The notes under the pieces: model-generated
What the model was told of the DNA's origin: nothing
The model's input: only the letters and a program-made list of their open reading frames with translations
Databases searched by the model: none
Translations under genes and position numbers: made by a program
Shown: piece by piece, positions 45,006 through 54,484 of the stretch
Layout of the letters: the number at the start of each line of letters is the position of its first letter
Numbering within the stretch: the first letter of the stretch is position 1
DNA from: a virus
Taxonomy: Duplodnaviria > Heunggongvirae > Uroviricota > Caudoviricetes
IMG/VR virus record: IMGVR_UViG_3300038300_000093
Length of the DNA: 64,000 bases
Reading direction: 5' to 3' (one strand)

Positions 45006-45656
45006 TTAATAGTCATCAATCTGTTTTAGCTTTCCAATGGGAAAGAATCCATTAATAATATCAGGAGCCCACTCATCACTATAAAATGATTCTGATACTC
45101 CATCAACATGCGTTTCAGTCCAATTGTTAGAATCTTCTACCCAATCTAGTCCTTCTCCCTCTTCATGCATTTCATTCTTTTTAAGTACTTCTTTTTCATC
45201 AGATGAATCATTTACATACATTGCAAAACAATCTGATAATACAAAGAACAATTGATTAGTCATTGGGTTGAAAAGAACTTCCCCACCATCAACTTCAACA
45301 TAATGCTTTCTACAGTATTTCATCGCCTCTTTGATTAACTTTACTTTTTCTTTTAAATTTACTTCAAATACAAAAGTAACTTCTTCATCATCATGAGCTT
45401 CTGAATACATGGTGAAAACTGTTACAAATTTACCAGTATCAACATCTTCCATTACCCTGTAGTCAATTTTACAGTACGTCTTCTTGCAGCGCCTTTTCCA
45501 AGTTCCAGATCCATAAACATGTAAACATGCTTTCACAGCATCTTTTGTTGAATTCACTTCATTGGGCCAAAATCCTTTCGCCTCTCCAATCTTATCCTCA
45601 GAGTTTTCTCTGTCACTGAATAAGTCATAAATTGGCTCGTCGCATGCATATTTCAT
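45006..45656 (-). CDS. hypothetical acidic protein (216 aa)
   Basis: ORF-track ORF. Confidence 0.55.
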   Translation of the reverse strand: MKYACDEPIYDLFSDRENSEDKIGEAKGFWPNEVNSTKDAVKACLHVYGSGTWKRRCKKTYCKIDYRVMEDVDTGKFVTVFTMYSEAHDDEEVTFVFEVNLKEKVKLIKEAMKYCRKHYVEVDGGEVLFNPMTNQLFFVLSDCFAMYVNDSSDEKEVLKKNEMHEEGEGLDWVEDSNNWTETHVDGVSESFYSDEWAPDIINGFFPIGKLKQIDDY

Positions 45657-45670
45657 ATTCTAATCCTTAA

Positions 45671-46435
45671 TTAATTCCAAACAAACGATTCTTTATCTTT
45701 AGAATCTATAATAGAAGATGTAATGTAATTAATCACAGTACGCTCTACTTCCAAATTGGGGTTGCTTCTTGCTTGATGCTTTTCTGGAAGAGATTCAATC
45801 TCCTCAGTTGTAAACTTGGATATAGACTTTGATCTTTTGATACAAATTCCATTCCTATAGCATTCCGGCATCTTAAGCCAATCATTATTATCTTCTTCAA
45901 GCATCTTCTTCATTTCCCACGTCTTCTTCTCTTGAAGCTGTTTGTGGCTAAATACAGACTGAGCTAAACAACTTACGCTATTTCTTCTACAATCCTCTGC
46001 TCTCCACTCCAAACACTCAATAGCTGTTTGCTTGTCTGGTACTTCAAAGATACGACAGTCAAACAATGCCATTACATCAGAATTTGATAAGTTGTTGAAA
46101 TGATAAGTAGCCAAGCTTGCCAATACTGAGCAAAGCTTCATGAATTTTCCACCAAAGAATAATTCTTGATTATCACTCTTCTTTGTCAAAACTAAACTTA
46201 TTTCATCAGATTGAGTATAACCGATATCAGCATCACAATATAATACCAATTCCTCCGTGACTTTTTTCATTTGATTGAAAAATTTCTCATCAAATGGCTT
46301 CTCGCAATTGATGGATTTAGTATATTTACTAAAGTTCTTGCCATCCAATCTAATTATTATCGGCTTGTCACCTGAGGGCTTATAGTTAAACTCTCTTTCA
46401 TATTCTTTAAGCTTGTCGCCAAGTGGATCTTTCAT
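45671..46435 (-). CDS. Thg1-like protein (tRNA-His guanylyltransferase family, 3'-5' nucleotidyltransferase)
   Basis: PIIIRLDGKNFSKYTK ... ADIGYTQSDEISLVLTKKSDNQELFFGGKFMKLCSVLASLATYHFN matches the Thg1 core (VVVRLDGRNFHRF ... AYGQSDEYSFVF ... R.SK..T..AS.F...Y). Start chosen at MKDPLGD (ATGA coupling to an upstream micro-ORF); the track's longer ORF would start at 46465. Confidence 0.75.
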   Translation of the reverse strand: MKDPLGDKLKEYEREFNYKPSGDKPIIIRLDGKNFSKYTKSINCEKPFDEKFFNQMKKVTEELVLYCDADIGYTQSDEISLVLTKKSDNQELFFGGKFMKLCSVLASLATYHFNNLSNSDVMALFDCRIFEVPDKQTAIECLEWRAEDCRRNSVSCLAQSVFSHKQLQEKKTWEMKKMLEEDNNDWLKMPECYRNGICIKRSKSISKFTTEEIESLPEKHQARSNPNLEVERTVINYITSSIIDSKDKESFVWN

Positions 46436-46611
46436 TCTTTTATCCTTTTTAGTTCTCTTAAGCATAACTTACAAGTGACTTTATCTGTATTGTAAGTTAT
46501 GTCATCCCTAACATAGCCGCACTCTGTGCTATGATTATATTCGTAATCGGTTTGACCTGAATTTCTAAAGTCTTTACCTCTCAAAAACATGTGTATTTTC
46601 GGATTTCTCAT
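46432..46611 (-). CDS. zinc-ribbon micro-protein (59 aa), not in the ORF track
   Basis: Hand-translated: MRNPKIHMFLRGKDFRNSGQTDYEYNHSTECGYVRDDITYNTDKVTCKLCLRELKRIKE. ATGA overlap with the Thg1-like start. Confidence 0.35.
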   Translation of the reverse strand: MRNPKIHMFLRGKDFRNSGQTDYEYNHSTECGYVRDDITYNTDKVTCKLCLRELKRIKE

Positions 46612-46618
46612 CTCTCTT

Positions 46619-47047
46619 CTATTTTAGCAATCCTTCAATATCATCAAGTTCCATTCCAGTACGAGCTTCTTTACTTACAAGGGAATTTAACTTCTTCTCA
46701 AGTGCTTTATATTTCTTTTCTTCTTCTGCATATTTAACCTTGTCAACACACAGCTTAAAATCCTCAGTCCACGCCTCTAATGAGTAACCATCCCAATCAA
46801 ACATATCAAACACACAAAGAAGTTTACAAGCTTCTGCGTGATTCTTTGAGGCATTCAGTAAGTATGTTAATCCACTTATCGCTTTGTCAAAACTTCCAAT
46901 AGTATTTAGGTTTAATACTCTTCCATCAGTGTATTTAAACAATGCATTGGTTTCCCATGCCTTCTTAGGCTTTGCTCCTAAGGATTTCTTCTTATCCTCA
47001 AGCTTTTTAATCAAACCTTTTACTCTGTTGTCATTTTTGCTCATCAA
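46619..47047 (-). CDS. hypothetical protein (142 aa)
   Basis: ORF-track ORF. Confidence 0.55.
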   Translation of the reverse strand: MMSKNDNRVKGLIKKLEDKKKSLGAKPKKAWETNALFKYTDGRVLNLNTIGSFDKAISGLTYLLNASKNHAEACKLLCVFDMFDWDGYSLEAWTEDFKLCVDKVKYAEEEKKYKALEKKLNSLVSKEARTGMELDDIEGLLK

Positions 47048-47229
47048 TCTTTCTCATCTATTATATTATTATAGTTAATGAATTCTCTACATCCACACTT
47101 TGGACATTCAACTTCCTGACTAGCAAACATGGTAGTTTGAGGCTCAAATGTTTTGCCACAATCGCAATCCATTCTCCATCTGTTTGTTCTATAGTCACTG
47201 CTTAATCCAATACATCTTATATTTTTCAT
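47044..47229 (-). CDS. zinc-ribbon micro-protein (61 aa)
   Basis: Contains CDCG...CPKCGC. Confidence 0.5.
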   Translation of the reverse strand: MKNIRCIGLSSDYRTNRWRMDCDCGKTFEPQTTMFASQEVECPKCGCREFINYNNIIDEKD

Positions 47230-47269
47230 ATGTTCAATCTACTTGTTGAAAACTATTATTCAAGTCGTT

Positions 47270-48490
47270 TTATGAAATTTTAAAGCATAAAACATTATGT
47301 ACATTGGCAGCATGAAGATTAAATAATTTTATAGACTTTAAGAATTCCTTATCAACTACTAAAGACTGAATTTTTCTCGTTCTTCTGTTGTATGAGAATG
47401 AATGATAGTTCCTATCGTCAACTTCCTCGCACTTATATTCTCCCCAGTCTTTAAACAACTCCAAAAATTCAGTCTTATTGTATGAATAAGACGAATGACT
47501 ATTCCCGCTGTTGTCTTTTTCATATTCCAATCTAAAAGAATCACTAATTTTAGCACGACCTCTACACATCACGCTATATCTGTTTTGATCATCAGCCTTG
47601 CCACGATATCTGCAGTTTTCATGAGATATTTTCATATCATAGACATAATCCCCCATGAAATAAAATCCTTTAAAAGACTCATGATCAGAATAATCTTTCT
47701 TTGCATCAAACTTTACACGTTTTTTAGACAATTTAGATGGCTCACAATAGTGTTTGGACTTAATCAGCTCTTCATACGTATTTGCAAAAGTATCAACTGG
47801 ATCTTCTGTCATCTTAACTGCCAACTTTGTAAATCCAGGTTGAATCCAATAGTTGTCATTGTAACCATAGCCTTCATCTTTATCTACATATTTATATACA
47901 TGTTTCTTAACTTTTTTATAGTTGCTGTTCCATGAATAATCAAGGAAGTCATGACGGCCAAGATACATAACTTTATCATTGTCTTTATTAAGATATAAAC
48001 AGCCCTCAGTCATATCTTTTTTAGTTATCTTCTTTGTCTTTAATCCAGTGAACTTTGATGACTCGACGTATTCCTGTGAAGAAGTAGGCAACAATACTAA
48101 ATCTTTTCCATCCCAAGAGTAAACGAACTCTCCCTCAATTCCTTTTCCTTTGATAGATGAACACTCTTCCAATATGAAAACAAGGTTGTTTATGGATATC
48201 TCAAATTCAAACCCTCTTGGATCATAAACTCTCATCCAAGCTTGACGACCATTCCATCCTCCTCTGTAATCACCCGCTTTCTTATTTAAAACAAATCCAG
48301 ACATAGGCTCATTGTCAAAATCATCCGGCTCTATTTTATTGTCGCGCCAGCTATTCCAAGAAGCCTCACATCTATGCTTTCCTTTCTCATCTACTTGAGT
48401 AACATATGCAAGCTTTCCTGTGTATGTTCCTTCACGCTTTACATAACCAACTTTTAAAACTTTAGGTATACTTAATTTATTCAAACTCAT
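47270..48490 (-). CDS. hypothetical protein (406 aa)
   Basis: ORF-track ORF; preceded by a full family-A module at 48491-48564. Confidence 0.65.
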   Translation of the reverse strand: MSLNKLSIPKVLKVGYVKREGTYTGKLAYVTQVDEKGKHRCEASWNSWRDNKIEPDDFDNEPMSGFVLNKKAGDYRGGWNGRQAWMRVYDPRGFEFEISINNLVFILEECSSIKGKGIEGEFVYSWDGKDLVLLPTSSQEYVESSKFTGLKTKKITKKDMTEGCLYLNKDNDKVMYLGRHDFLDYSWNSNYKKVKKHVYKYVDKDEGYGYNDNYWIQPGFTKLAVKMTEDPVDTFANTYEELIKSKHYCEPSKLSKKRVKFDAKKDYSDHESFKGFYFMGDYVYDMKISHENCRYRGKADDQNRYSVMCRGRAKISDSFRLEYEKDNSGNSHSSYSYNKTEFLELFKDWGEYKCEEVDDRNYHSFSYNRRTRKIQSLVVDKEFLKSIKLFNLHAANVHNVLCFKIS

Positions 48491-48564
48491 TTTTGTGTCC
48501 TTTTCTTTTTTTAGTAAGCCTGCTTAGTGCTTCTTACTAATCTTACTATAAGGGCTCAAACTGT
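48491..48564 (-). promoter_or_regulatory. family-A intergenic module, isolated copy in the right-hand block, upstream of the 406-aa gene
   Basis: Full conserved sequence recurs 26 kb away from the main cluster. Confidence 0.5.
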
Positions 48565-48867
48565 TTATTCAAGCCGCCATAACGGCTTCATTGATTCTAT
48601 TTCAAAATTCCAATCATCGACGATACCAGATTCCCAATCTGTACTTTCTGAAAAACTACAAACAACCTCATATACTCCAGTAACTTCATCTACTGAATCT
48701 GGAAGTCCAAAATACTCAGGCTCTCTCCCAACCTCTAAAAATGAGTCATGGATATTTGGAAATGACAATATTGTTAGAGTGCCATCATCAGAGACAGACA
48801 TAATCCATTTTGAACTATATGGACTGTCAAATACTGGCTCATCTTCTTCTTTTAAAGCTTTAATCAT
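48565..48867 (-). CDS. hypothetical acidic protein (100 aa)
   Basis: ORF-track ORF. Confidence 0.5.
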   Translation of the reverse strand: MIKALKEEDEPVFDSPYSSKWIMSVSDDGTLTILSFPNIHDSFLEVGREPEYFGLPDSVDEVTGVYEVVCSFSESTDWESGIVDDWNFEIESMKPLWRLE

Positions 48868-49184
48868 TTTCTTTTTTTATCTTTGACCTTCATACTTTTT
48901 CTTTTATTCTTTAATATCTTTTTATCAGACTTATCCCTCTTCTTCCAATTAGCAGAAGCATAAAATCCGTCCAAATAGCTTTTACACTCTTTGAAGTTTC
49001 CTCTAAAGATAGTATGCATATATGGACTCTCTATAAATCTCCGCATTATTCTTATCTTAAAGAATTCTGGATCTACATTGCACTGGACAATTTCAAGATC
49101 AGAAGGACAATCAACTTTAAGCAATGATAACTTCGTTATCTCTTTATCCTTTGTAGTTTTTGACACCGATGCAAACTCCTTCAA
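48864..49184 (-). CDS. hypothetical protein with a basic tail (106 aa)
   Basis: ORF-track ORF. Confidence 0.5.
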   Translation of the reverse strand: MKEFASVSKTTKDKEITKLSLLKVDCPSDLEIVQCNVDPEFFKIRIMRRFIESPYMHTIFRGNFKECKSYLDGFYASANWKKRDKSDKKILKNKRKSMKVKDKKRK

Positions 49185-49611
49185 GTTTAAGATTGTTAAT
49201 AGTTAAATCTTGCTGTATTCCAGCCAATTCCTCTTCTAGCTCAACTCTTTCTTGCATAATTTCACTCACAAGATTTAACTTACTCCTTTCACAATAAAGA
49301 TATGAAAAAGATGACACACGAGAACGATAATTATCATGCTGATATCTCTCCAGAAAGCCATGCTTGTTTCTTTCGTAAAGATGCTTTTTCTCCAAGTGGT
49401 AAAGAAATGTTTTATTAGTTGCTATGTTTACAACTTCAACAAGATCTTCTTTAAATATTTCTCTACCTTCTAACATTTTTTCGTGTTCTTCTTTCTGCTT
49501 GATAGCGCCATCAAATGTTTTAGATGTAAACTCTTTCCCATTAAACTCTAAAGAGAAGTCACAACTCTCAACATTAAATACTACACCATCCTTAAGATTT
49601 ACTTTACTCAT
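49144..49611 (-). CDS. hypothetical protein (155 aa)
   Basis: ORF-track ORF. Confidence 0.55.
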   Translation of the reverse strand: MSKVNLKDGVVFNVESCDFSLEFNGKEFTSKTFDGAIKQKEEHEKMLEGREIFKEDLVEVVNIATNKTFLYHLEKKHLYERNKHGFLERYQHDNYRSRVSSFSYLYCERSKLNLVSEIMQERVELEEELAGIQQDLTINNLKLEGVCIGVKNYKG

Positions 49612-51287
49612 AACAACAATGCCTCTCCTTTATTATACAAGATATTACTAGAAATTTTCTTCCATTTGGAAATGTTTTTGTCTTTTTCTGAGTACTTAAA
49701 GCTAAACTTTTTAAGATTAAATCGTTTTGAATTTTTACTAAGGAAATCCAAAGCCAATTTCACATTGCCATATCTCTTTCCATGATCCGTATTGATCTCC
49801 TCATCGATGTGATTGAGAATATCGACACAGATGTCGAAACAAGCATTAAAGTAGCTCTCATGAGCGTTATCGGGGATCTCTGACAATCTACAGTAGTTTG
49901 GAGACATTGGATAATATGTACTATACTCTCCTTTAGGTTTCCCAAAAATCTTAGAATTCTTTCTTCTCAATGATTGACGCATTACCTTCTCTTCAAATAA
50001 GAGAAATCCAGACTTTGCTTCGTATCCAACTAGTTTATTCATTTCATCAATGCATTCTTGGTAAACATTGTATCTTGAATCGCATCCTTCAACTGCCTTG
50101 TTGTATAATTCTCTGTACTTGGAGTTTGGACGGTATTTATCCATTTCCTTTTGAAGCTCATCATTCTTCTTAATGTCTTCCTCGGATTCTGAAAAGACTA
50201 ATTTCATTAAATCTGCTCTAATAGTTTCAACATCTTTAACATTTCCATCAGGAACTTCTACTTTAAATACGAAGTCACTCCATGAATCTGTTGCATTACT
50301 TGAATAATCAGATTCTCTTAAGTCTACTTCCTTATCTTCTTTTATCTTTTTAAGATTTTTTTCAATTCCAAATTCAAAATTAAAAACTGAATTAGAAATT
50401 AAATCGCTGTAATTGCTAAAGTCAAATTCGTAATTTTTGTCTTTATAGATGTTTGTCTTTCTAGCTTCTTCCTTATCTCCCTCAGACATTTTACCATAAA
50501 TGTTGGAAATATTCGAAATGTAAACACAATATTCGAAAGCATCTTCAAATCTCTTCACGAGATCATCTGTGCATTCCATATTTAACTCATTACACTTTTC
50601 TTCTACTTCTCTTCTAACTTTGTAGATATCCTTGATGATTTCTCGCTCAGCTTCATTTCCACTCCAATTTATTTCTACTTTCCTCATATATTCATCAACG
50701 CCATCTTTAATATATGGGTCGTTTTTCAATGAAAGGATTTTTTCTCTTATCTTCTTAGGAACTTCATCCTCACACATAGTGTACCCATAAAAAATAGAGT
50801 TTGGAGTATTGCATGGGCCAGAAAAATCAAGATAGCCATCTTTATTCCATTTTATGCCCGTGCCATTTGTACATATATAATGATCAACAACTCTTTTTTT
50901 ATCTGGATATATGCTTTTGTATTTATAATTTTCATGAGTGCAGATATCTACCCAATCTTCCATTGTCTTGTTGAGCTTATCCGCCTTGGGAACAGAATCT
51001 CTTGCATCATCTGGAAATTCATATCCATTGGAAACTGTTACTGCCCATGAATCATATAAAAGATTACCACCTTCAGAGTCCTCACCGCACCATTCTTCTA
51101 GCCATTCAAGATCATACTTTGGATTATTGTTACATTCTCCCATTCTACGGCCCACATTGTGAATCAACTCGAAATGCATCATACACCAAGCTAAATGCTT
51201 AGGATTGTCCTTTAAATAGCTCCAATTATTTTTTATTGTCTTTAGTACAGAATCAAATAATCTATCAGCTTTATCTTCTTTATTCAT
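49608..51287 (-). CDS. large hypothetical protein (559 aa)
   Basis: Longest ORF in the window; no motif recognised by eye. Confidence 0.65.
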   Translation of the reverse strand: MNKEDKADRLFDSVLKTIKNNWSYLKDNPKHLAWCMMHFELIHNVGRRMGECNNNPKYDLEWLEEWCGEDSEGGNLLYDSWAVTVSNGYEFPDDARDSVPKADKLNKTMEDWVDICTHENYKYKSIYPDKKRVVDHYICTNGTGIKWNKDGYLDFSGPCNTPNSIFYGYTMCEDEVPKKIREKILSLKNDPYIKDGVDEYMRKVEINWSGNEAEREIIKDIYKVRREVEEKCNELNMECTDDLVKRFEDAFEYCVYISNISNIYGKMSEGDKEEARKTNIYKDKNYEFDFSNYSDLISNSVFNFEFGIEKNLKKIKEDKEVDLRESDYSSNATDSWSDFVFKVEVPDGNVKDVETIRADLMKLVFSESEEDIKKNDELQKEMDKYRPNSKYRELYNKAVEGCDSRYNVYQECIDEMNKLVGYEAKSGFLLFEEKVMRQSLRRKNSKIFGKPKGEYSTYYPMSPNYCRLSEIPDNAHESYFNACFDICVDILNHIDEEINTDHGKRYGNVKLALDFLSKNSKRFNLKKFSFKYSEKDKNISKWKKISSNILYNKGEALLL

Positions 51288-51436
51288 TTAATTATCCTTT
51301 GTTTATCTAAAGCAATATAAAGCCCATTATAGAATGTTCAAGCCCAGTTTAATAATTAATCGTTAAATCCGCATTCAAAGCAAAAAAATCCCCATGTCAA
51401 TTAAGACACAGGGATCAAGGAACAAATTGTTTTAAA

Positions 51437-52846
51437 TTACTTAGCAGTCTTCTTCGTTTTTCTTACAGTCGGAGTAGCTACAGCCTTCTTAAAAGGATTC
51501 TCAGTACTGATTTTATCATCTTTCTTAGCTGAATCAATGATTCCCGTAGCTTCAAGAAGTTTAAGATTGATAAGAGATGCAGTGATTCCAGAACCTTCTC
51601 CTCCATTTCCGCCACCGATTACTACAGAAGGAGTTTTGATATCCTTCAAGAACTCAGCAACTCCTATGTCACGTTTTGCAGAGATCTCTGCAAGAACTTT
51701 TTCCTTTTCAGTAATCGCTCCAGCCTTGACGATTCGGTCTTCCTCAGCAGCCGCTAACACTTGAATTGCTTTAGCTTCTTCTGTTGCAGCTTTAGCTTCT
51801 ACTTCTGCCACTGCCAGTTTTGCATTTGCAATCTCAAGCTGAGACTGAGCAGTTAGTTTTGCAACTGAAAGATCTTTCTCAGCAGAAATCTCAGCCTGCT
51901 CTTTTTCTTTGTTAGCATCAATGATTGCCAACTCAGCCAATTGAGTAGCTGCAAGCTTCTTTGCCTCTGCTTCAATTTCAAGCTTTTGCTTAGCCGCAGT
52001 TGCAGCAATTCTAATTCTTTCCTGCTCTGCTTCACCATTTGCAGTTGCAGTCTCTTTCATAGTTCGAGCTTTAATAACTTCTTGACGACCTTTTTCTTGC
52101 TCTTGGCGAATCTGAGCTTTGATCTCGTCAATGGCTAAAAGCGCTCCCTTTTTAACTTGAAATGATTTCAAGGTTTGTGGATCATATTTAGTACTTCCAA
52201 GAGTTACTTCTAGAATCTTCATTCCATAAGCTCCCCAAGAAGATGTGCGCTCAATGATTGGCTTTTTATCAGCATCAAACTTAAGTTCTGTTTGAACTAT
52301 TGAAATTGCCTTTCCATCTGGATCATTTTGATCAATTTTAGTCTCAACAGTTGTTTCCTTCTGATAAAGGCCATCACGTACTTGATCCATTATCATTTGA
52401 GCATATTCAGACTTTCGCCCTACAGCATGCTCAGAAGCAGTCATAATGCCCGCAGTTGACTTCATTACGTTTGTTACCCATGCAGTCATAGACCGACTTA
52501 CATTTTCCTCTGATCTATATTCAGAGTGGAACTTCTTACAATTATCTTCTGAGAATGGAGTTGTGTAACGAATCAGTACATTAATAGTTGCTGTTGAGCC
52601 GTCTCCAAATGTAATACTTACTGGATATTCATCTTGAATAACTTTTGGCCATGTATTAATGGTTTCTCCAAGAGACCAATACCAACCCGGCGTTTGTTGG
52701 ATCGTTATTTGACCAGACATTGACTGCCTGTGTTGCCAATCCGTTGCGTTGTTCTTTTTAAAACAGAACAATAGGACAATTACTAATCCTAGAACTGCAC
52801 TCAAGGCGATAGCGCCCAATTTCATCATTTTGTTCATTTTAATCAT
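51437..52846 (-). CDS. SPFH / band-7 (flotillin/HflKC-like) membrane protein
   Basis: N-terminal transmembrane helix LGAIALSAVLGLVIVLLF, an SPFH-like core, then a long Ala/Glu/Lys coiled coil (AEAKKLAATQLAELAIIDANKEKEQAEISAEKDL...). Confidence 0.65.
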   Translation of the reverse strand: MIKMNKMMKLGAIALSAVLGLVIVLLFCFKKNNATDWQHRQSMSGQITIQQTPGWYWSLGETINTWPKVIQDEYPVSITFGDGSTATINVLIRYTTPFSEDNCKKFHSEYRSEENVSRSMTAWVTNVMKSTAGIMTASEHAVGRKSEYAQMIMDQVRDGLYQKETTVETKIDQNDPDGKAISIVQTELKFDADKKPIIERTSSWGAYGMKILEVTLGSTKYDPQTLKSFQVKKGALLAIDEIKAQIRQEQEKGRQEVIKARTMKETATANGEAEQERIRIAATAAKQKLEIEAEAKKLAATQLAELAIIDANKEKEQAEISAEKDLSVAKLTAQSQLEIANAKLAVAEVEAKAATEEAKAIQVLAAAEEDRIVKAGAITEKEKVLAEISAKRDIGVAEFLKDIKTPSVVIGGGNGGEGSGITASLINLKLLEATGIIDSAKKDDKISTENPFKKAVATPTVRKTKKTAK

Positions 52847-52959
52847 TCTTACTTCCTTGCTTGTTTTTGTTTTTGTTTTTGTTTTTACATATTTACTAAG
52901 AGCTTCACTATATAACGTAAAACTTTAATTTCAACTTCTTTTAAAAACTTTATTTTTTA

Positions 52960-53112
52960 TTAATTCTCCACCATTCTAGTTTTCTTGCAATCTGGACACT
53001 CAAACATATAAGGAATCGGTTCCTTCTTATCTACAAAGAATCCTATCCTATGCATAAGTGTACAAGGAGGCGCTGGTGGACATTTATGCTTCTTTTTCTT
53101 CTTCTTTCCCAA
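52960..53112 (-). CDS. small basic zinc-ribbon protein (about 50 aa, TTG start), copy 2
   Basis: (L/M)GKKKKKKHKCPPAPPCTLMHRIGFFVDKKEPIPYMFECPDCKKTRMVEN. AAGGAG SD 8 nt before TTG. About 90% nucleotide identity to 30357-30509 over ~165 bp. Confidence 0.45.
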   Translation of the reverse strand: MGKKKKKKHKCPPAPPCTLMHRIGFFVDKKEPIPYMFECPDCKKTRMVEN

Positions 53113-53306
53113 AGCTCTTCTCCTTATTTAGGTATTGTACAATCATGAATCATATCAGCAAGCCTATTCATTCTTAATAATAGAGCAACAGCCATTAAAG
53201 GGTGCGATATGATATTATGTACCGTCCAGTTTTTATATAACTTCTTCATTTGATTCTCTTAAATATAATCAAAATTAATATAACAGCTATCGCTGCCAAT
53301 ACAATC

Positions 53307-53492
53307 TTAAACATATACTTTACTCCAAATAAATAATCCATTGAAATTTAAAACAAACTCGCGACCATCATCTATACTGTAAAAAGGAATGCCAGCATAA
53401 ACCTCATCTACCATATCCTGAATATATATCTTTATATCTCTTCCTTGTTCCATGACAACATCACTCCGTCCATATGTAAAACTTCTACCCAA
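53307..53492 (-). CDS. hypothetical protein (61 aa)
   Basis: ORF-track ORF only. Confidence 0.3.
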   Translation of the reverse strand: MGRSFTYGRSDVVMEQGRDIKIYIQDMVDEVYAGIPFYSIDDGREFVLNFNGLFIWSKVYV

Positions 53493-53574
53493 ATATGATA
53501 AGGCATCTCATTAGGAAACATATCACATGCAAAAGTCTCAAGCCTTTCTTTATCAGCATCACCAACTAAAACTC

Positions 53575-53793
53575 TCATATCTCTTCCTTGGTATATAAAT
53601 ACAAATGACCCGCTTTGTTAGAATGATACATGTCCATCAAAATACAAAAATTACACATCGGCCTCAACATATCCACGGGTCTTTCATTAAAATACTCTAA
53701 CAAATATCCCTTAGAATTCTTCTTTAAATATAATATAGATTCACAAGAACTACATTTGTACTTTCTATAAGAACTTTTCTCGCGCAATATCAC
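53575..53793 (-). CDS. Cys-x2-Cys micro-protein ending ..HLYLYTKEEI (72 aa, GTG start)
   Basis: Contains CSSC...CNFC. GTGA overlap with the upstream gene. Confidence 0.45.
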   Translation of the reverse strand: MILREKSSYRKYKCSSCESILYLKKNSKGYLLEYFNERPVDMLRPMCNFCILMDMYHSNKAGHLYLYTKEEI

Positions 53794-53963
53794 AGAACAC
53801 TCTTATTGAAAATAAATAGATAACCACAAATCCTACTGTAAGCATCTATCTTCTCAATACAATGATAACATATTAAATCATCCTTGGCCCTGAAGTAATC
53901 AAAATGAAGAAAAGGAATACCGCAGAAATTGCAATCAAACAACTCATCATCAGTGTCAATCAT
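53790..53963 (-). CDS. Cys-x2-Cys micro-protein (57 aa), not in the ORF track
   Basis: Hand-translated: MIDTDDELFDCNFCGIPFLHFDYFRAKDDLICYHCIEKIDAYSRICGYLFIFNKSVL. Confidence 0.4.
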   Translation of the reverse strand: MIDTDDELFDCNFCGIPFLHFDYFRAKDDLICYHCIEKIDAYSRICGYLFIFNKSVL

Positions 53964-54126
53964 TGTACTCCTTATCTATCCTCTCTATGATACTACGCAA
54001 TTCAAAACACATCTCAAAGATCTGAGTGTTATCTCTTCTGGATATATGCTCACACCAGTTTACTTGATTCTCATCTAAAATAGCTTGAGCCTCATTCAAT
54101 AATTTCAATGTGTCTTTCTTGGTCAT
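53956..54126 (-). CDS. micro-protein (56 aa) with MTKxxLKLL N-terminus, not in the ORF track
   Basis: Hand-translated: MTKKDTLKLLNEAQAILDENQVNWCEHISRRDNTQIFEMCFELRSIIERIDKEYND. Paralogous to 54320-54484 and to the N-terminus of ORF 54477-54803. Confidence 0.4.
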   Translation of the reverse strand: MTKKDTLKLLNEAQAILDENQVNWCEHISRRDNTQIFEMCFELRSIIERIDKEYND

Positions 54127-54320
54127 AATTCTTCCTTATCGTAAATCTCTAAATGATTATCCTCACTATACTTTCCCCGCTTTAGAATTTTGTCCGTTGT
54201 CTCACATTGACAATACTGAGGATCATGACAGATGCAGTTCTCATACTTGTCAAATCGTTTCTCGTGAAAGTAACCCGATATTAAAATAAAACATATAATG
54301 AATAATATTGATCCTAACAT
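54123..54320 (-). CDS. small membrane / Cys protein ending ..HLEIYDKEEL (65 aa)
   Basis: ORF-track ORF; N-terminal hydrophobic helix; C-terminal motif family. Confidence 0.5.
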   Translation of the reverse strand: MLGSILFIICFILISGYFHEKRFDKYENCICHDPQYCQCETTDKILKRGKYSEDNHLEIYDKEEL

Positions 54321-54484
54321 TAACTCTCTCCGCGAATGACTTCAATCAAATAAATTAAATTAGAATGAATCTCAATAAGACTACGATTAGAAGAAACTGA
54401 CAGTTCATGATTCCAGCCCTCTTGCGCCTTGTTTAAAAGCAACTCAGCTGCAATCAATAACTTTAAATTTTCTTCCTTAGTCAT
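54320..54484 (-). CDS. micro-protein (54 aa), not in the ORF track
   Basis: Hand-translated: MTKEENLKLLIAAELLLNKAQEGWNHELSVSSNRSLIEIHSNLIYLIEVIRGES. TAATG overlap downstream. Confidence 0.4.
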   Translation of the reverse strand: MTKEENLKLLIAAELLLNKAQEGWNHELSVSSNRSLIEIHSNLIYLIEVIRGES

